A stretch of 64,000 nt of DNA, taken from an uncultured Bdellovibrionales bacterium. Its GTDB lineage: Bacteria; Patescibacteriota; Minisyncoccia; Moranbacterales; UBA1568. The position numbers were made by a program, and so were the translations under genes. The first letter of the stretch is position 1; the number at the start of each line of letters is the position of its first letter. The notes beneath the pieces were generated by a model. The model made no database searches, was not told the DNA's origin, and was given only the letters and a program-made list of their open reading frames with translations. The stretch spans positions 13,925 through 77,924 of the forward strand of contig CAYTED010000002.1 in assembly GCA_964436855.1 (NCBI GenBank), in the 5' to 3' direction. Shown here piece after piece: positions 17,817 to 27,228 of the stretch.

Positions 17817-17951
17817 AGGAATACGGATTTTGTTTTCGTGTTCAGTATAGCATACTACTGAATCCGTAAGAAGCGTTGGTCTTTTTTATGATCTTTCTTT
17901 CCGGCGAGCCTTGTTTGATGTAGAGAGCGTTTCGAAATTTCTTCCAACATT

Positions 17952-18974
17952 TTAACGAAGCTTGGAGATGTTTATGGATGATTCGAGTGATTCGAGAGCG
18001 TCCTTTGTGAGGTGTCCCGTGTTGGCGCCGTAAAAACGAACGACATTTCCTCCGTTTGCGATTCCGAATTTGAGAGCGGTTTCAAGGGAAAGGTCTTCGA
18101 CTACGGAGGCGAGGAAGGCCGCGGTGAATCCATCCCCCGCTCCGGTCATATCGACCGCCTTTACATCGGGTAGAATATCGGAATGAAACAGCGAGTGCCC
18201 GTCCGATGCCCATGCGCCGCGCCGTCCGTCGGTAAGAGCGACGATTTTTGCGCCTGCTTTATGCAGTGATTGCACGAGAAATTCCTCATTATTCATCCGG
18301 TCTTTTCGGTCGGAATCGGTGGGGATATCGGAGGCGAGAAGAAGTTCGATAGCCTCGTCTTTATTGAGAACGATTACATTGACCGAACGGATGGCTTCAA
18401 GTATCGCTTTTGCATCGTCTTTGATATTATGTTGACCGGGGTTGAGCGCAAGGCAGAGATTATGCTTCTCCTTCAGTGCGATCAACTTCTCGAGATTTTT
18501 CTTCCAGTTGCCATTGAGTGCGCTTATAAGCATCCAGTTGGTTTCCGGAAAATGATCATCAAGAATTTCAAGACGATCATTTGCGTCGCGATTGTGAAAA
18601 ATAACACGCTCCCCGTTTTGTTTTAGAACGACAATTGCGGAAAGATCGGTTCGAACGTGCTCATCAGTAAGAAAGGTACTCGTTTCAACACCCGCTTTTT
18701 TGAGAGTGTTGATAATCCATTCTCCGGTATCGTCGTTTCCGACTTTGGAATAACAGGCGGCGTGAATGCCAAACTTTGCGAGTCCGTGCGCGACATTAGC
18801 GGCAACGCCACCGACCGCTTCGTAGCGTTCTTTGGCGCGATATTTCGCACCGGTTTCAAAACAGACCTTTTCCTGCGCTTCGAGGTCTTCGGGCGTTTCG
18901 ATAATCGTGCCCTCCTCAATCGGAAAGAAAATATCCTTTGAACTCGAACCGACACAGATAACTTTCACGTTCAT
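17952..18974 (-). CDS. PfkB-family carbohydrate kinase (ribokinase-like)
   Basis: The C-terminal DMTGAGDGFTAAFL anion-hole motif and N-terminal GG dipeptide region fit the pfkB family. Start taken at MNVKVICVGSS; the ORF-track extension reaches 19019. Confidence 0.85.
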   Translation of the reverse strand: MNVKVICVGSSSKDIFFPIEEGTIIETPEDLEAQEKVCFETGAKYRAKERYEAVGGVAANVAHGLAKFGIHAACYSKVGNDDTGEWIINTLKKAGVETSTFLTDEHVRTDLSAIVVLKQNGERVIFHNRDANDRLEILDDHFPETNWMLISALNGNWKKNLEKLIALKEKHNLCLALNPGQHNIKDDAKAILEAIRSVNVIVLNKDEAIELLLASDIPTDSDRKDRMNNEEFLVQSLHKAGAKIVALTDGRRGAWASDGHSLFHSDILPDVKAVDMTGAGDGFTAAFLASVVEDLSLETALKFGIANGGNVVRFYGANTGHLTKDALESLESSINISKLR

Positions 18975-19006
18975 ACGTTTTTGTTTTTCAGATGAAGTTT
19001 CAATAG

Positions 19007-20275
19007 TTACTGTTCCCAAAGGGAAAGAAGGCGGTTGTATTTGGCGAGACGTTCACCGCGGGAGAGTGATCCGGTCTTGATAAATTCCGCGCCCGCACCG
19101 ACGGCAAGATCGGCGATAAAATCGTCGCAGGTTTCTCCGGATCGGTGCGAGACGACTCGTTCCATTGCATGTGTTTGCGCGAGTTTCATGCAGTCGAGCG
19201 TTTCGGAGAGGGTACCGATCTGATTTACCTTAATAAGAACCGCATTGCATGCCCCGGTATCAATCGCTTTTTGTACACGCTTTGGGTTGGTAACGAGGAG
19301 ATCATCGCCGATCAGCATTGTTTTTTTGTTCCACGCAGCCGGTTCTTTCTCGAGTTTTTCGCGCATCCCTTTCCATCCGTCCCAGTCTTCTTCACCGAGA
19401 CCGTCTTCGATTGAAATGACATTCCACTTCCCAATCCATTCGCGATAGAGATTGACAAGCGATTCGCGAGTGAGCGAAACATTTTCCGGCTTCAAGATAT
19501 ATTGATTCTCCGATTCGCTGTAAAAAGAATTTGCCGCGACATCGAGTCCGATTCCGATTTCTTTTCCTGCATGGTATCCCGCTTCCGTGATGGCGATATT
19601 TAAGAGTTCGAGTGCGCGCGAATGACTCTCGAGTCGAGGCGCGAAGCCGCCCTCATCGCCCACACCGACGGAAAGCGATTCTTTTTCAAGGAGTTTTTTC
19701 AGCGTGTGAAAGATTTCGCTTCCGGCACGGAGCTGCTCGGGATAATGAGAGATACCGAATGGGACAATTTTGAACTCCTGAATGGAAAGTCCGGAATCGC
19801 TGTGTTTCCCGCCATTCAGCACATTGAACATTGGAATCGGAAAAGTCTTAGATTTATTTTCGGAAAGCGATCGGATATGTTCGGCGAGAGAAATTTTTTT
19901 CGATATCGCCGCTGCCCGCGCGGCCGCAAGCGAAATACCGAGTATTGCATTTGCGCCGAGTGATGCTTTATTTTCCGTTCCGTCGGTTGCGATGAGTTTG
20001 TCGTCGAGTGCTTTTTGGTCGTTCACATCGAGTCCAATCGCGACATCGCGCAGTACGGTATTCGCGTTTTCGACCGCTTTTAACACGCCTGCGCCAAGAT
20101 AGCGCTTGGGATCGTCGTCGCGGAGCTCGATCGCTTCAAACGATCCGGTTGAGGCGCCGGAAGGTACGCCAGCAATCGCTTCGGTTCCATCGTCGAGCGC
20201 GAGCCATACTTCGACAGTCGGCTTCCCTCGGGAGTCGAGAATTTCGCGTGCTTTTAAATCAGAAATATACGCCAT
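19007..20275 (-). CDS. eno: Enolase
   Basis: 422 aa. MAYISDLKAREILDSRGKPTVEV, the SHRSGETCD motif, and the rest match enolase. Confidence 0.97.
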   Translation of the reverse strand: MAYISDLKAREILDSRGKPTVEVWLALDDGTEAIAGVPSGASTGSFEAIELRDDDPKRYLGAGVLKAVENANTVLRDVAIGLDVNDQKALDDKLIATDGTENKASLGANAILGISLAAARAAAISKKISLAEHIRSLSENKSKTFPIPMFNVLNGGKHSDSGLSIQEFKIVPFGISHYPEQLRAGSEIFHTLKKLLEKESLSVGVGDEGGFAPRLESHSRALELLNIAITEAGYHAGKEIGIGLDVAANSFYSESENQYILKPENVSLTRESLVNLYREWIGKWNVISIEDGLGEEDWDGWKGMREKLEKEPAAWNKKTMLIGDDLLVTNPKRVQKAIDTGACNAVLIKVNQIGTLSETLDCMKLAQTHAMERVVSHRSGETCDDFIADLAVGAGAEFIKTGSLSRGERLAKYNRLLSLWEQ

Positions 20276-20298
20276 ACGGATGTGTTTTCAAATCGGAG

Positions 20299-21351
20299 TT
20301 AATGAAGCAGCACTTCGATTCCCGGAAGCTGTTTTCCGGAGAGAAATTCAAGCATTGCGCCGCCGCCGGTTGAAACAAATTTTATTTTTTCAAAAGCGTG
20401 GTGTTTTTCGAGGATGCCAAGTGATTCGCCGCCACCCATCACACTAAAGGCATTTGACTCTAGAATTGCATCGAGTACGGCGCTTGTTCCTGTATCATAG
20501 GGTGTTTCTTCAAATTTTCCCATTGGGCCGTTCCAGACAATGGTTTTTGCTTTTGATATTTTCTCGACAAACGTCCGAATAGTGTTCGGTCCGATATCGA
20601 GACGGTTTTCGGAATCGAAATCCGTTGGGAGAAGTATTTTTTTCGAAAAGGAGATGCACTGGTCGATCGCTTCATTGGCGACTTTGCCACCGACAAGAAT
20701 CCAATCATAATTTTTTTCGAGTGCTTGAATGAGTGGGAGTTTGGTTTCGACTTTCGCGCCGCCGATAATTGCAATCGCCGGATGATCGGGGTTGGATCGA
20801 ACGCGGTCAAGCTCGGTGATTTCCCGAATGAGTTGAAAGCCGGCGTAGCTTGGGAGAATCATGGTGATTCCCGTTACAGACGCTTGATTTCGGTGGGAAA
20901 CGCTAAACGCGTCGTTTATAAACATATGAAACGGTTTCGCGAGATTTTGCGAAAATCGGAAATCGCGTTTTTCTTCTTCCGGATAAAAACGGACATTTTC
21001 GAGAAGAAGGACGTCTTCTTCGGGGAGTGTGGCGAGAGCGTCTTCGACAACGGGCCCAATGCAATCGGATACAAAGTGCACTTTTCGGCCAAGGAGTTTC
21101 TCTACCTCGGGAACAAGGGTTTTTGTGGAAAATTTCGGATTTCGAACACCCTCCGGTCGGCCGAGATGTGTTAACAGCGCAACCTTTGTTCGTTCTTTCG
21201 AGAGGAGAAAGTCGATAGTTTCTTTGGCGGCCGCTATCTTGAAGGTTTCTTTCGGTATTCCGGTTGTCTCGTCGAATTCAATATTGAAATCAACGCGCAT
21301 GAGTATTTTCCGTCCAATCGTATCGACCGTATTTATGTGTTTCAATTCCAT
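20299..21351 (-). CDS. pgk: Phosphoglycerate kinase (short, 350 aa)
   Basis: RVDFNIE, LTHLGRPEG, AIIGGAKVETK and GGGAMLEFL motifs. Confidence 0.92.
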   Translation of the reverse strand: MELKHINTVDTIGRKILMRVDFNIEFDETTGIPKETFKIAAAKETIDFLLSKERTKVALLTHLGRPEGVRNPKFSTKTLVPEVEKLLGRKVHFVSDCIGPVVEDALATLPEEDVLLLENVRFYPEEEKRDFRFSQNLAKPFHMFINDAFSVSHRNQASVTGITMILPSYAGFQLIREITELDRVRSNPDHPAIAIIGGAKVETKLPLIQALEKNYDWILVGGKVANEAIDQCISFSKKILLPTDFDSENRLDIGPNTIRTFVEKISKAKTIVWNGPMGKFEETPYDTGTSAVLDAILESNAFSVMGGGESLGILEKHHAFEKIKFVSTGGGAMLEFLSGKQLPGIEVLLH

Positions 21352-21360
21352 ACATCTCGT

Positions 21361-22479
21361 TTACTTGATTAGATCTCCACTTCCCATTATACCGATAATC
21401 ACGCCAAGAAGCGATGTGAGTGCGGTAAAGACCCATACACGCATTGTTACTTTTGGCTCCGGCCACCCTTTTGCTTCAAAGTGGTGATGAAGTGGTGCGG
21501 CAAGGAATACCTTTTTTCCAAAAAATCGTTTCGCGGTGAGCTGAATGGCGACACTTCCGGATTCAAGGATGTAGACGAAAACGATAATAAACAAAATTGG
21601 AACGGCATTGGTGAGCATAGCAACAACACCGAGCGTCGTTCCGAGTGAGATCGCGCCAGTATCGCCCATAAAAAATCGCGCGGGATAAATGTTGAACCAC
21701 AGGAACGCAAGGAGCGCCCCAGCAATCGCGGCGCAAAACGCAGAGAGGTCAGTCTTATTTTGAACAAAAGCGAGAATCGCGAAAGAAAAGAATGCAAAAA
21801 GAAGCACGCCGGCGTTCAAGCCATCAAGTCCATCGGTTTCATTGGAAGAAATCGCCGTGAAGAGGATGACAAAAATAAAGAGCGGGATATACCACCATCC
21901 AATTTGAAAATCGCCGAGTGCGGGAATATGGATCGTATCCCAGCCGAGCTTGGAATAAAACCACCACGCGCCGACACCAGCGATAAGAAAAAGCCACCAG
22001 AACCGAAGTGCAAATCGCATCCCCCCACCCTTGTTCGATCCGACTCGCCGAACACTCATATAATCATCGCAAAGCCCGAGTATGCCGGATGTACAGAGCA
22101 CAAAAAGTGGAAGCCACGTTTGCGATCTTCGGAAAAAATCAAGTCTGGCGATAAAGTCGATGTCCAATATTTTTGCTAATAATGGAAAAATATATTCTGA
22201 AGCGAGTGCAAGTGTGATAACGGATACCCAGACAATGACCCCTCCCATTGTTGGGGTGTTTGCTTTCCACGCATGGAGCGTACTGATAACACTCAACTTG
22301 TCTCCCTGAACCGAGTTTGATTTTATCTTAATCCCGATCTTGTATTTATAGAGAATACTGGTCCAGAACGGTGTCAGTATAAAAGCAAGAAAAAAACTAA
22401 AAAATCCGGTTACCAGCACCTTTACAACATTCATTACATTTGGCAGAGTTTGAATTTGCGCGATTTGCAGGGTTTCCAT
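21361..22479 (-). CDS. mraY: Phospho-N-acetylmuramoyl-pentapeptide transferase MraY
   Basis: Polytopic membrane protein with NLVDGLDGL-like DGLDGL, FMGDTGAISLG and PLHHHFE motifs. Confidence 0.9.
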   Translation of the reverse strand: METLQIAQIQTLPNVMNVVKVLVTGFFSFFLAFILTPFWTSILYKYKIGIKIKSNSVQGDKLSVISTLHAWKANTPTMGGVIVWVSVITLALASEYIFPLLAKILDIDFIARLDFFRRSQTWLPLFVLCTSGILGLCDDYMSVRRVGSNKGGGMRFALRFWWLFLIAGVGAWWFYSKLGWDTIHIPALGDFQIGWWYIPLFIFVILFTAISSNETDGLDGLNAGVLLFAFFSFAILAFVQNKTDLSAFCAAIAGALLAFLWFNIYPARFFMGDTGAISLGTTLGVVAMLTNAVPILFIIVFVYILESGSVAIQLTAKRFFGKKVFLAAPLHHHFEAKGWPEPKVTMRVWVFTALTSLLGVIIGIMGSGDLIK

Positions 22480-22587
22480 AGAACATTCAGAACAAGATAA
22501 CGGGTAACGGATATTTTATAAACAGGCTTTTCTCGCCCCTTTTCTTTCAGATACCTGTATTATCTATTATCTGGTATCTACTGTCTA

Positions 22588-23619
22588 TTATCTCCAGTCA
22601 AACGAAGAAAAACTCCATTTGAACATCGAACGAATACTCTCCCATCGATAGAGGTCATCCAATACAACCGCGATGACTCGGTGTTCACCACTTTCATCTG
22701 TCGCCGCAGCAAGAAGAGACCGTCCGGCAAGCGGAGTGAATCCGGTTTTCGTTCCGAGGAGATTTGGAAATTGACCAAGGAGTTCGTTTGTATTGAAAAT
22801 CTCGTGTTCATATGTCCCATCTGCAGAAGAGATGATTTTTCTCTCTGTGCGCATCATTTCCCACAGGATTTGGTATTTGAGTGCTGCCGCAGTAATGGTC
22901 GCCATATCTTTCGCGCTTGAATAACACTCGCTCTCTCGCCCTTCCGGTTCGAGTCCGGATGGTGTGCAAAAGTGAGAATTTTCAAGACCAAGCGACTTCG
23001 CGCGTTCGTTCATAATATTCGCAAATCCCTCTATTGATCCGCCGACATGTTTTCCAAGGGCGGTTGCGGCATCATTCGCGCTATTCATCAGCGCGGCATA
23101 CAATAGATTCCGAACGGAAATTTTCTCTCCGACTTTCAGGCGTTCTCCATTACAAAAACCGGAACGCGGGCATCCGACGCGCGTTCCCTCGATATATATT
23201 TCATCGCCGATGGTTACGAGTTCATCGAGATTTTTGACTCGTTCAACTACAATGAGGGTCGTAAACATTTTCGTCAGTGAGGCGACCTGACGACGCTCGT
23301 TTCCATTGCGATCATACAGGATGGATCCGGAGTCCGCATCGAGAATAATTGCGGCATGCGCCGTTGTTACCGCAAGATTGAGCGCGTAAGGTTTTTTTTC
23401 TGGCCGGAAGATTGTTGCAAAAGAATGATTTTCTTCAAGAACGGGAATGTCCGGTTTCTTTTTTTTGTCTGAAGCGCCCTGTACGCTTCCCGTTTCTTCG
23501 TTTTTTTGTTTCTCGACAACCGGATTCTTTTCCGGATTTTTCTCGAATGCAAAATATGCCGCGCCGAGAAACGAAGCAAGCACAAAGAAAAAAAGCGAAA
23601 AGAAAAAGATTCGCATCAT
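22588..23619 (-). CDS. D-alanyl-D-alanine carboxypeptidase (S11, PBP5/6-like)
   Basis: N-terminal TM/signal, then SxxK (ASLTKMFT), SxN (YAALMNSANDAA) and KTG (GTKTGFT) motifs. Confidence 0.85.
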   Translation of the reverse strand: MMRIFFFSLFFFVLASFLGAAYFAFEKNPEKNPVVEKQKNEETGSVQGASDKKKKPDIPVLEENHSFATIFRPEKKPYALNLAVTTAHAAIILDADSGSILYDRNGNERRQVASLTKMFTTLIVVERVKNLDELVTIGDEIYIEGTRVGCPRSGFCNGERLKVGEKISVRNLLYAALMNSANDAATALGKHVGGSIEGFANIMNERAKSLGLENSHFCTPSGLEPEGRESECYSSAKDMATITAAALKYQILWEMMRTERKIISSADGTYEHEIFNTNELLGQFPNLLGTKTGFTPLAGRSLLAAATDESGEHRVIAVVLDDLYRWESIRSMFKWSFSSFDWR

Positions 23620-23625
23620 ATCAAA

Positions 23626-24249
23626 TTATTGTGTTTCGGTCGGTTTTTCATTTCCCGGATTCCGCTCCGGAGGATTTTGTTCGGAAACGGAATCATTCGT
23701 ATTGTCGAGGAGTTTCTGTATTTTCGGATCTTGCGAGAGTATTTCAAAATTCGGTAAATCTTCTTTTTTGCGGAGACCGAGTGTCTTGAGAAATTCAAGG
23801 GATGGCGAGTATACGTATCCGCGCGCGTCGTCGGGATTTCCCTCGCGTTCGATGAGGCCGCGCAGAAGAAGATTGCGAAGCGAAAAACTCGAATTGACGC
23901 CGCGAATGGAGTCGATTTCAGCGCGTGTAACCGGAGCGCGGTAAGCGACAACAGAAAGAGTTTCAAGCGCCGCTTTGGAAAGCTCTTCGTCGATTTCCGA
24001 TTCCGCGAATGCGCGGATAACCGAAGCATTTCCCGCTTTAGTTCCAAGTTGGACGGACCCTTCGTTTCGTACGAGAGAAAGGCCCGACGCGGATTCTTCA
24101 TAGCGGGATTCAAGCGTATCCAGGAGTGGTGGAATTTCGCTCGTTTCAACATCGAGTGTTTTTGCGATGCGCTTGTGTGATACCGGATCACCCGCCGCAA
24201 AAAGGAGGGTTTCGAGTTTCGAGAGAAATTCGGGGGTATTCGTATCCAT
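23626..24249 (-). CDS. scpB: Segregation and condensation protein B
   Basis: LETLLFAAGDPVS...LVRNEGSVQLGTK is the ScpB winged-helix pair. Directly downstream of scpA. Start chosen at the internal MDTNTPEF. Confidence 0.85.
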   Translation of the reverse strand: MDTNTPEFLSKLETLLFAAGDPVSHKRIAKTLDVETSEIPPLLDTLESRYEESASGLSLVRNEGSVQLGTKAGNASVIRAFAESEIDEELSKAALETLSVVAYRAPVTRAEIDSIRGVNSSFSLRNLLLRGLIEREGNPDDARGYVYSPSLEFLKTLGLRKKEDLPNFEILSQDPKIQKLLDNTNDSVSEQNPPERNPGNEKPTETQ

Positions 24250-24268
24250 AGGAAATATTGTAGCGGGT

Positions 24269-25006
24269 TTATTCTTTTTCATCCAACGGGTTATTCTGCG
24301 TGTCTCCGTCGTGTTTTCGAAATCTGATTTCACCGAAAAGTTCGCCTTGTTCGGCATGGACGATACGCTGTTTTACGAGTTCGAGGAGCGCGAGAAAAGA
24401 GACGATAATATGAACACGGTCTTTTGTTTTCTCAATAACTTCCGAGAATGATCGTTCGAGCCTGTCTTGTATGGAGCGTTGCAAGAGCGAGATTTTTTCT
24501 TCGAGCGTAACAACCTCATTGACGCGCGACTCTTCGAGTTTTTCGAAAGCGGGAATACCTCCAAGGATATATCGAAAAGATCGAGCGAGATTTTCTCCTG
24601 AAAAATTTTTCGGCGGAAGAAAAAATGTCAATGAGCCGAGGGACGGTTCTCGCGAAAAAATTTTCGACGTACCGTATCGAGCGGCGATTTGAGCGGCCGC
24701 TTCTTTGAAAAGTTTGTAGCGTTTGAGTTCGGACTCAAGGTCCCCCACCTCGGTTTCTTCATCATCGGTGAATTCGAGAATAGGAAGAAGCGCTCGCGAC
24801 TTGATGAGAATAAGTCGCGCGGCGACCGAGAGAAATGACGCGAGGTGTTCGAGTGAAATATGCTCTTCGCGACGGAGGTATTCGAGATATTGTTCCGTAA
24901 CCTCGGCAAGACTGACGCGGGTGATGTCGAGCTTTTCTTTCTCAATGAGAGCGAGTAAAAGTTCGAGTGGTCCCTCGAATTGTTCGATTTGAATGCGATA
25001 TTCCAT
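24269..25006 (-). CDS. scpA: Segregation and condensation protein A
   Basis: 245 aa. MEYRIQIEQFEGPLELLLALIEKEKLDITRVSLAEVTEQYLEYL matches ScpA. Confidence 0.85.
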   Translation of the reverse strand: MEYRIQIEQFEGPLELLLALIEKEKLDITRVSLAEVTEQYLEYLRREEHISLEHLASFLSVAARLILIKSRALLPILEFTDDEETEVGDLESELKRYKLFKEAAAQIAARYGTSKIFSREPSLGSLTFFLPPKNFSGENLARSFRYILGGIPAFEKLEESRVNEVVTLEEKISLLQRSIQDRLERSFSEVIEKTKDRVHIIVSFLALLELVKQRIVHAEQGELFGEIRFRKHDGDTQNNPLDEKE

Positions 25007-25048
25007 TACTCCCCCATAGTAGCAAGTTTTTGTTTTCCCGAAAAGGCT

Positions 25049-26236
25049 TTAAATCGCCCTTTCCGCAATGTCGTCAGTCAGAGGGAGCGCAAAAAGAAAA
25101 ACGAGAAAAAATATGAAAGCGACGATTATAAATACGGAAGGAAGCGGGAAAAACACAAGGAATGGCACAAGAATAATCGCCGCGAGGATATTGGCAGCAG
25201 GCCGCGCGGTGCGAAAAAAAGAAATGATATCAAGATCGTTCCCGTCGATTTGTTTGTAGAAATATGAATCGCGAAGAACTTCGATGGTTGCCGCGCCGAT
25301 GCGAGTACAAAAGAGGAGTCCGGCCCAAAGCGCGACCGATGGTGTCGCAACAAACGCAACGAACAGTGTCGAGATACCGGAGAGAAATATCCCCCCGAGG
25401 AGAAATTCTTTCTCTCCGGTAAACGTGTCCGCGATCCATCCGAGCGGATACTGAAGAATGACAAAGGGGATAAGCATAATCGTAAACACCGTTCCAATAT
25501 CGGTCCACGACATTCCGATCGAGAGGAGATAAATCGGCATATAAATCGTCATTACGGCGAAGAAAAATTCAAGCGAAAAGGAAATCGTATAAATTCGTGC
25601 GAAATCTTTTTCGCGGAGCATTTTCCGGAGTACCGCCATCGGTTTCAGATCAAGTGAGGCGAGTCCTATTTCTGGTTCTTTGCGAAGAAAAAGGAGAGAG
25701 AGGGCGAGAATGAGGGAGAATCCGGCGACAAGGACGAAAAAAATACCTTCAAAACCGAAATGATCGAGTGTACGAGTGGAAATCAGCGGCCCGCAGAGAA
25801 TGCCGATATTCATAATGGTCAGGTGAAGTCCGCGAATACGCCCGGACACCTTGTCGGCGGAATAGGCCTCAAGAATGATATCAAGTATGACCCAGGTAAT
25901 ATTGGTCAGAAAAAGAAAGGCGGACAAGAGTATCGCGCCCATAAACGATATGGGGAGTTTGGAAAGTATGGCAGATACGAACACGAGCGCGATGAGCGAG
26001 ATAAGAAAAGAGCGTATTCTTCCTATGTGTCTGACAATTGGTCGAAGAAAAAAAAGCGTCAAAAGACTTATTCCGTAGGAGATAAGGTAGAATATCCCGA
26101 CATTATCGCTGTGCAATACTTCTGCGAAATACGACGAGAGGACGTAGAGAAGCGACGCTTCGGTAACGCCGATCAAGAAAGAAAGCAGGGAAATAAATCG
26201 CGTTTTACCGTGATCAAGGTGTTCGGAGTGGGTCAT
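25049..26236 (-). CDS. MFS transporter
   Basis: About 12 predicted TM helices with an MFS-like repeat architecture. Start taken at MTHSEHLDHGK. Confidence 0.75.
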   Translation of the reverse strand: MTHSEHLDHGKTRFISLLSFLIGVTEASLLYVLSSYFAEVLHSDNVGIFYLISYGISLLTLFFLRPIVRHIGRIRSFLISLIALVFVSAILSKLPISFMGAILLSAFLFLTNITWVILDIILEAYSADKVSGRIRGLHLTIMNIGILCGPLISTRTLDHFGFEGIFFVLVAGFSLILALSLLFLRKEPEIGLASLDLKPMAVLRKMLREKDFARIYTISFSLEFFFAVMTIYMPIYLLSIGMSWTDIGTVFTIMLIPFVILQYPLGWIADTFTGEKEFLLGGIFLSGISTLFVAFVATPSVALWAGLLFCTRIGAATIEVLRDSYFYKQIDGNDLDIISFFRTARPAANILAAIILVPFLVFFPLPSVFIIVAFIFFLVFLFALPLTDDIAERAI

Positions 26237-26253
26237 TTTTTTTTGTTTTTGAT

Positions 26254-26655
26254 TTACTTGAGGCAGCCGGGTCGGTATCCTTTTGATTCCGCGTCTTCTT
26301 TGGACGTAAAGCACCGTTTATTTTCATTTTTAATTCTACGGGCTGCGGCGCATTTCGGCAAATGATACAATGTCGAGTTTTTACTGCCGACATAGAGACA
26401 GTTTGCCGGTGCCGTCTTTTCTGAAACAACCGATTCGCCGAGTACCGATACGGGGAGGTAACTCGTTTTCTCTTGAGAGCTTTTCGGTTCGACCACCTCA
26501 ATTGAAATCGGCGATGTTTTGTCTGAAAGAGCGCGCACAAGACCAACTTCGTAGCCGATAATTCCGACAGAAACAAGTCCGATAAAAAGGAGTATTTTTT
26601 CCGTGTGAGGACGAATTTTTTCGATACGGGATCGCCCGAATTCAAAGGGATTCAT
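26254..26655 (-). CDS. Membrane-anchored protein with a C-terminal Ada-type zinc-binding domain
   Basis: One N-terminal TM helix. The C-terminus CLYVGSKNSTLYHLPKCAAARRIKNENKRCF.S.EDAESKGYRPGC matches the Ada_Zn_binding pattern. Confidence 0.5.
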   Translation of the reverse strand: MNPFEFGRSRIEKIRPHTEKILLFIGLVSVGIIGYEVGLVRALSDKTSPISIEVVEPKSSQEKTSYLPVSVLGESVVSEKTAPANCLYVGSKNSTLYHLPKCAAARRIKNENKRCFTSKEDAESKGYRPGCLK

Positions 26656-26892
26656 TGACAGCGTTTAAAAATATGATATACTCGATTATACTCTGTTTTA
26701 GAGCGTATCTCAAAAATATTCTTTGACTTGCTTTCCGTCGTTTTCGGCTGCAACATCCCTCGCTTTCGTCGGGGTATCTCTCCCGATAGCCCTTCCTCAA
26801 GCGATGAATGTTTCGCTCGAAAATGTCAGGAAAACGTCCCAAAGCTATTTTTGAGACACGCTCTCAATTCTAAAAGGTAACTTTTTGAAGAT

Positions 26893-27177
26893 ATGGCAAC
26901 CAGAAAAGCCGGTGGATCAACCAGTCTCGGCCGCGATTCCATTTCCAAACGTCTTGGCGTGAAAGCCTATGGTGGTGAAGCGGTGAGCGCGGGCGAGGTT
27001 ATTATTCGGCAACGCGGAACAAAATATCATCTCGGAAAAAACGTTCGAAAAGGCGCAGACGATACGATTTATGCGTCGGTTTCGGGTCGTGTTGAGTTCA
27101 AGGAAAAGAAGACGAAAGCTTTTACCGGAAAACTCGCGAAGCGAATGTTTGTGAGCGTTGTTCCAAACGCGGCGTAA
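26893..27177 (+). CDS. rpmA: 50S ribosomal protein L27
   Basis: [29 protein letters not shown]...[13 protein letters not shown] matches L27. Confidence 0.95.
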   Translation: MATRKAGGSTSLGRDSISKRLGVKAYGGEAVSAGEVIIRQRGTKYHLGKNVRKGADDTIYASVSGRVEFKEKKTKAFTGKLAKRMFVSVVPNAA

Positions 27178-27228
27178 CATTTCTTTTCTCGGATTATGGA
27201 AACACCCCATTTCAGGGGTGTTTTTTTT

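Noticed and set aside
25760-26365. Lys/Arg-rich 201-aa plus-strand ORF
   Set aside because: It is antisense to the MFS transporter gene.
26656-26892. Possible ribosomal-protein leader or riboswitch in the 237-nt region upstream of rpmA
   Set aside because: No recognisable conserved leader motif could be identified by eye, so it is left as an ordinary divergent promoter region.
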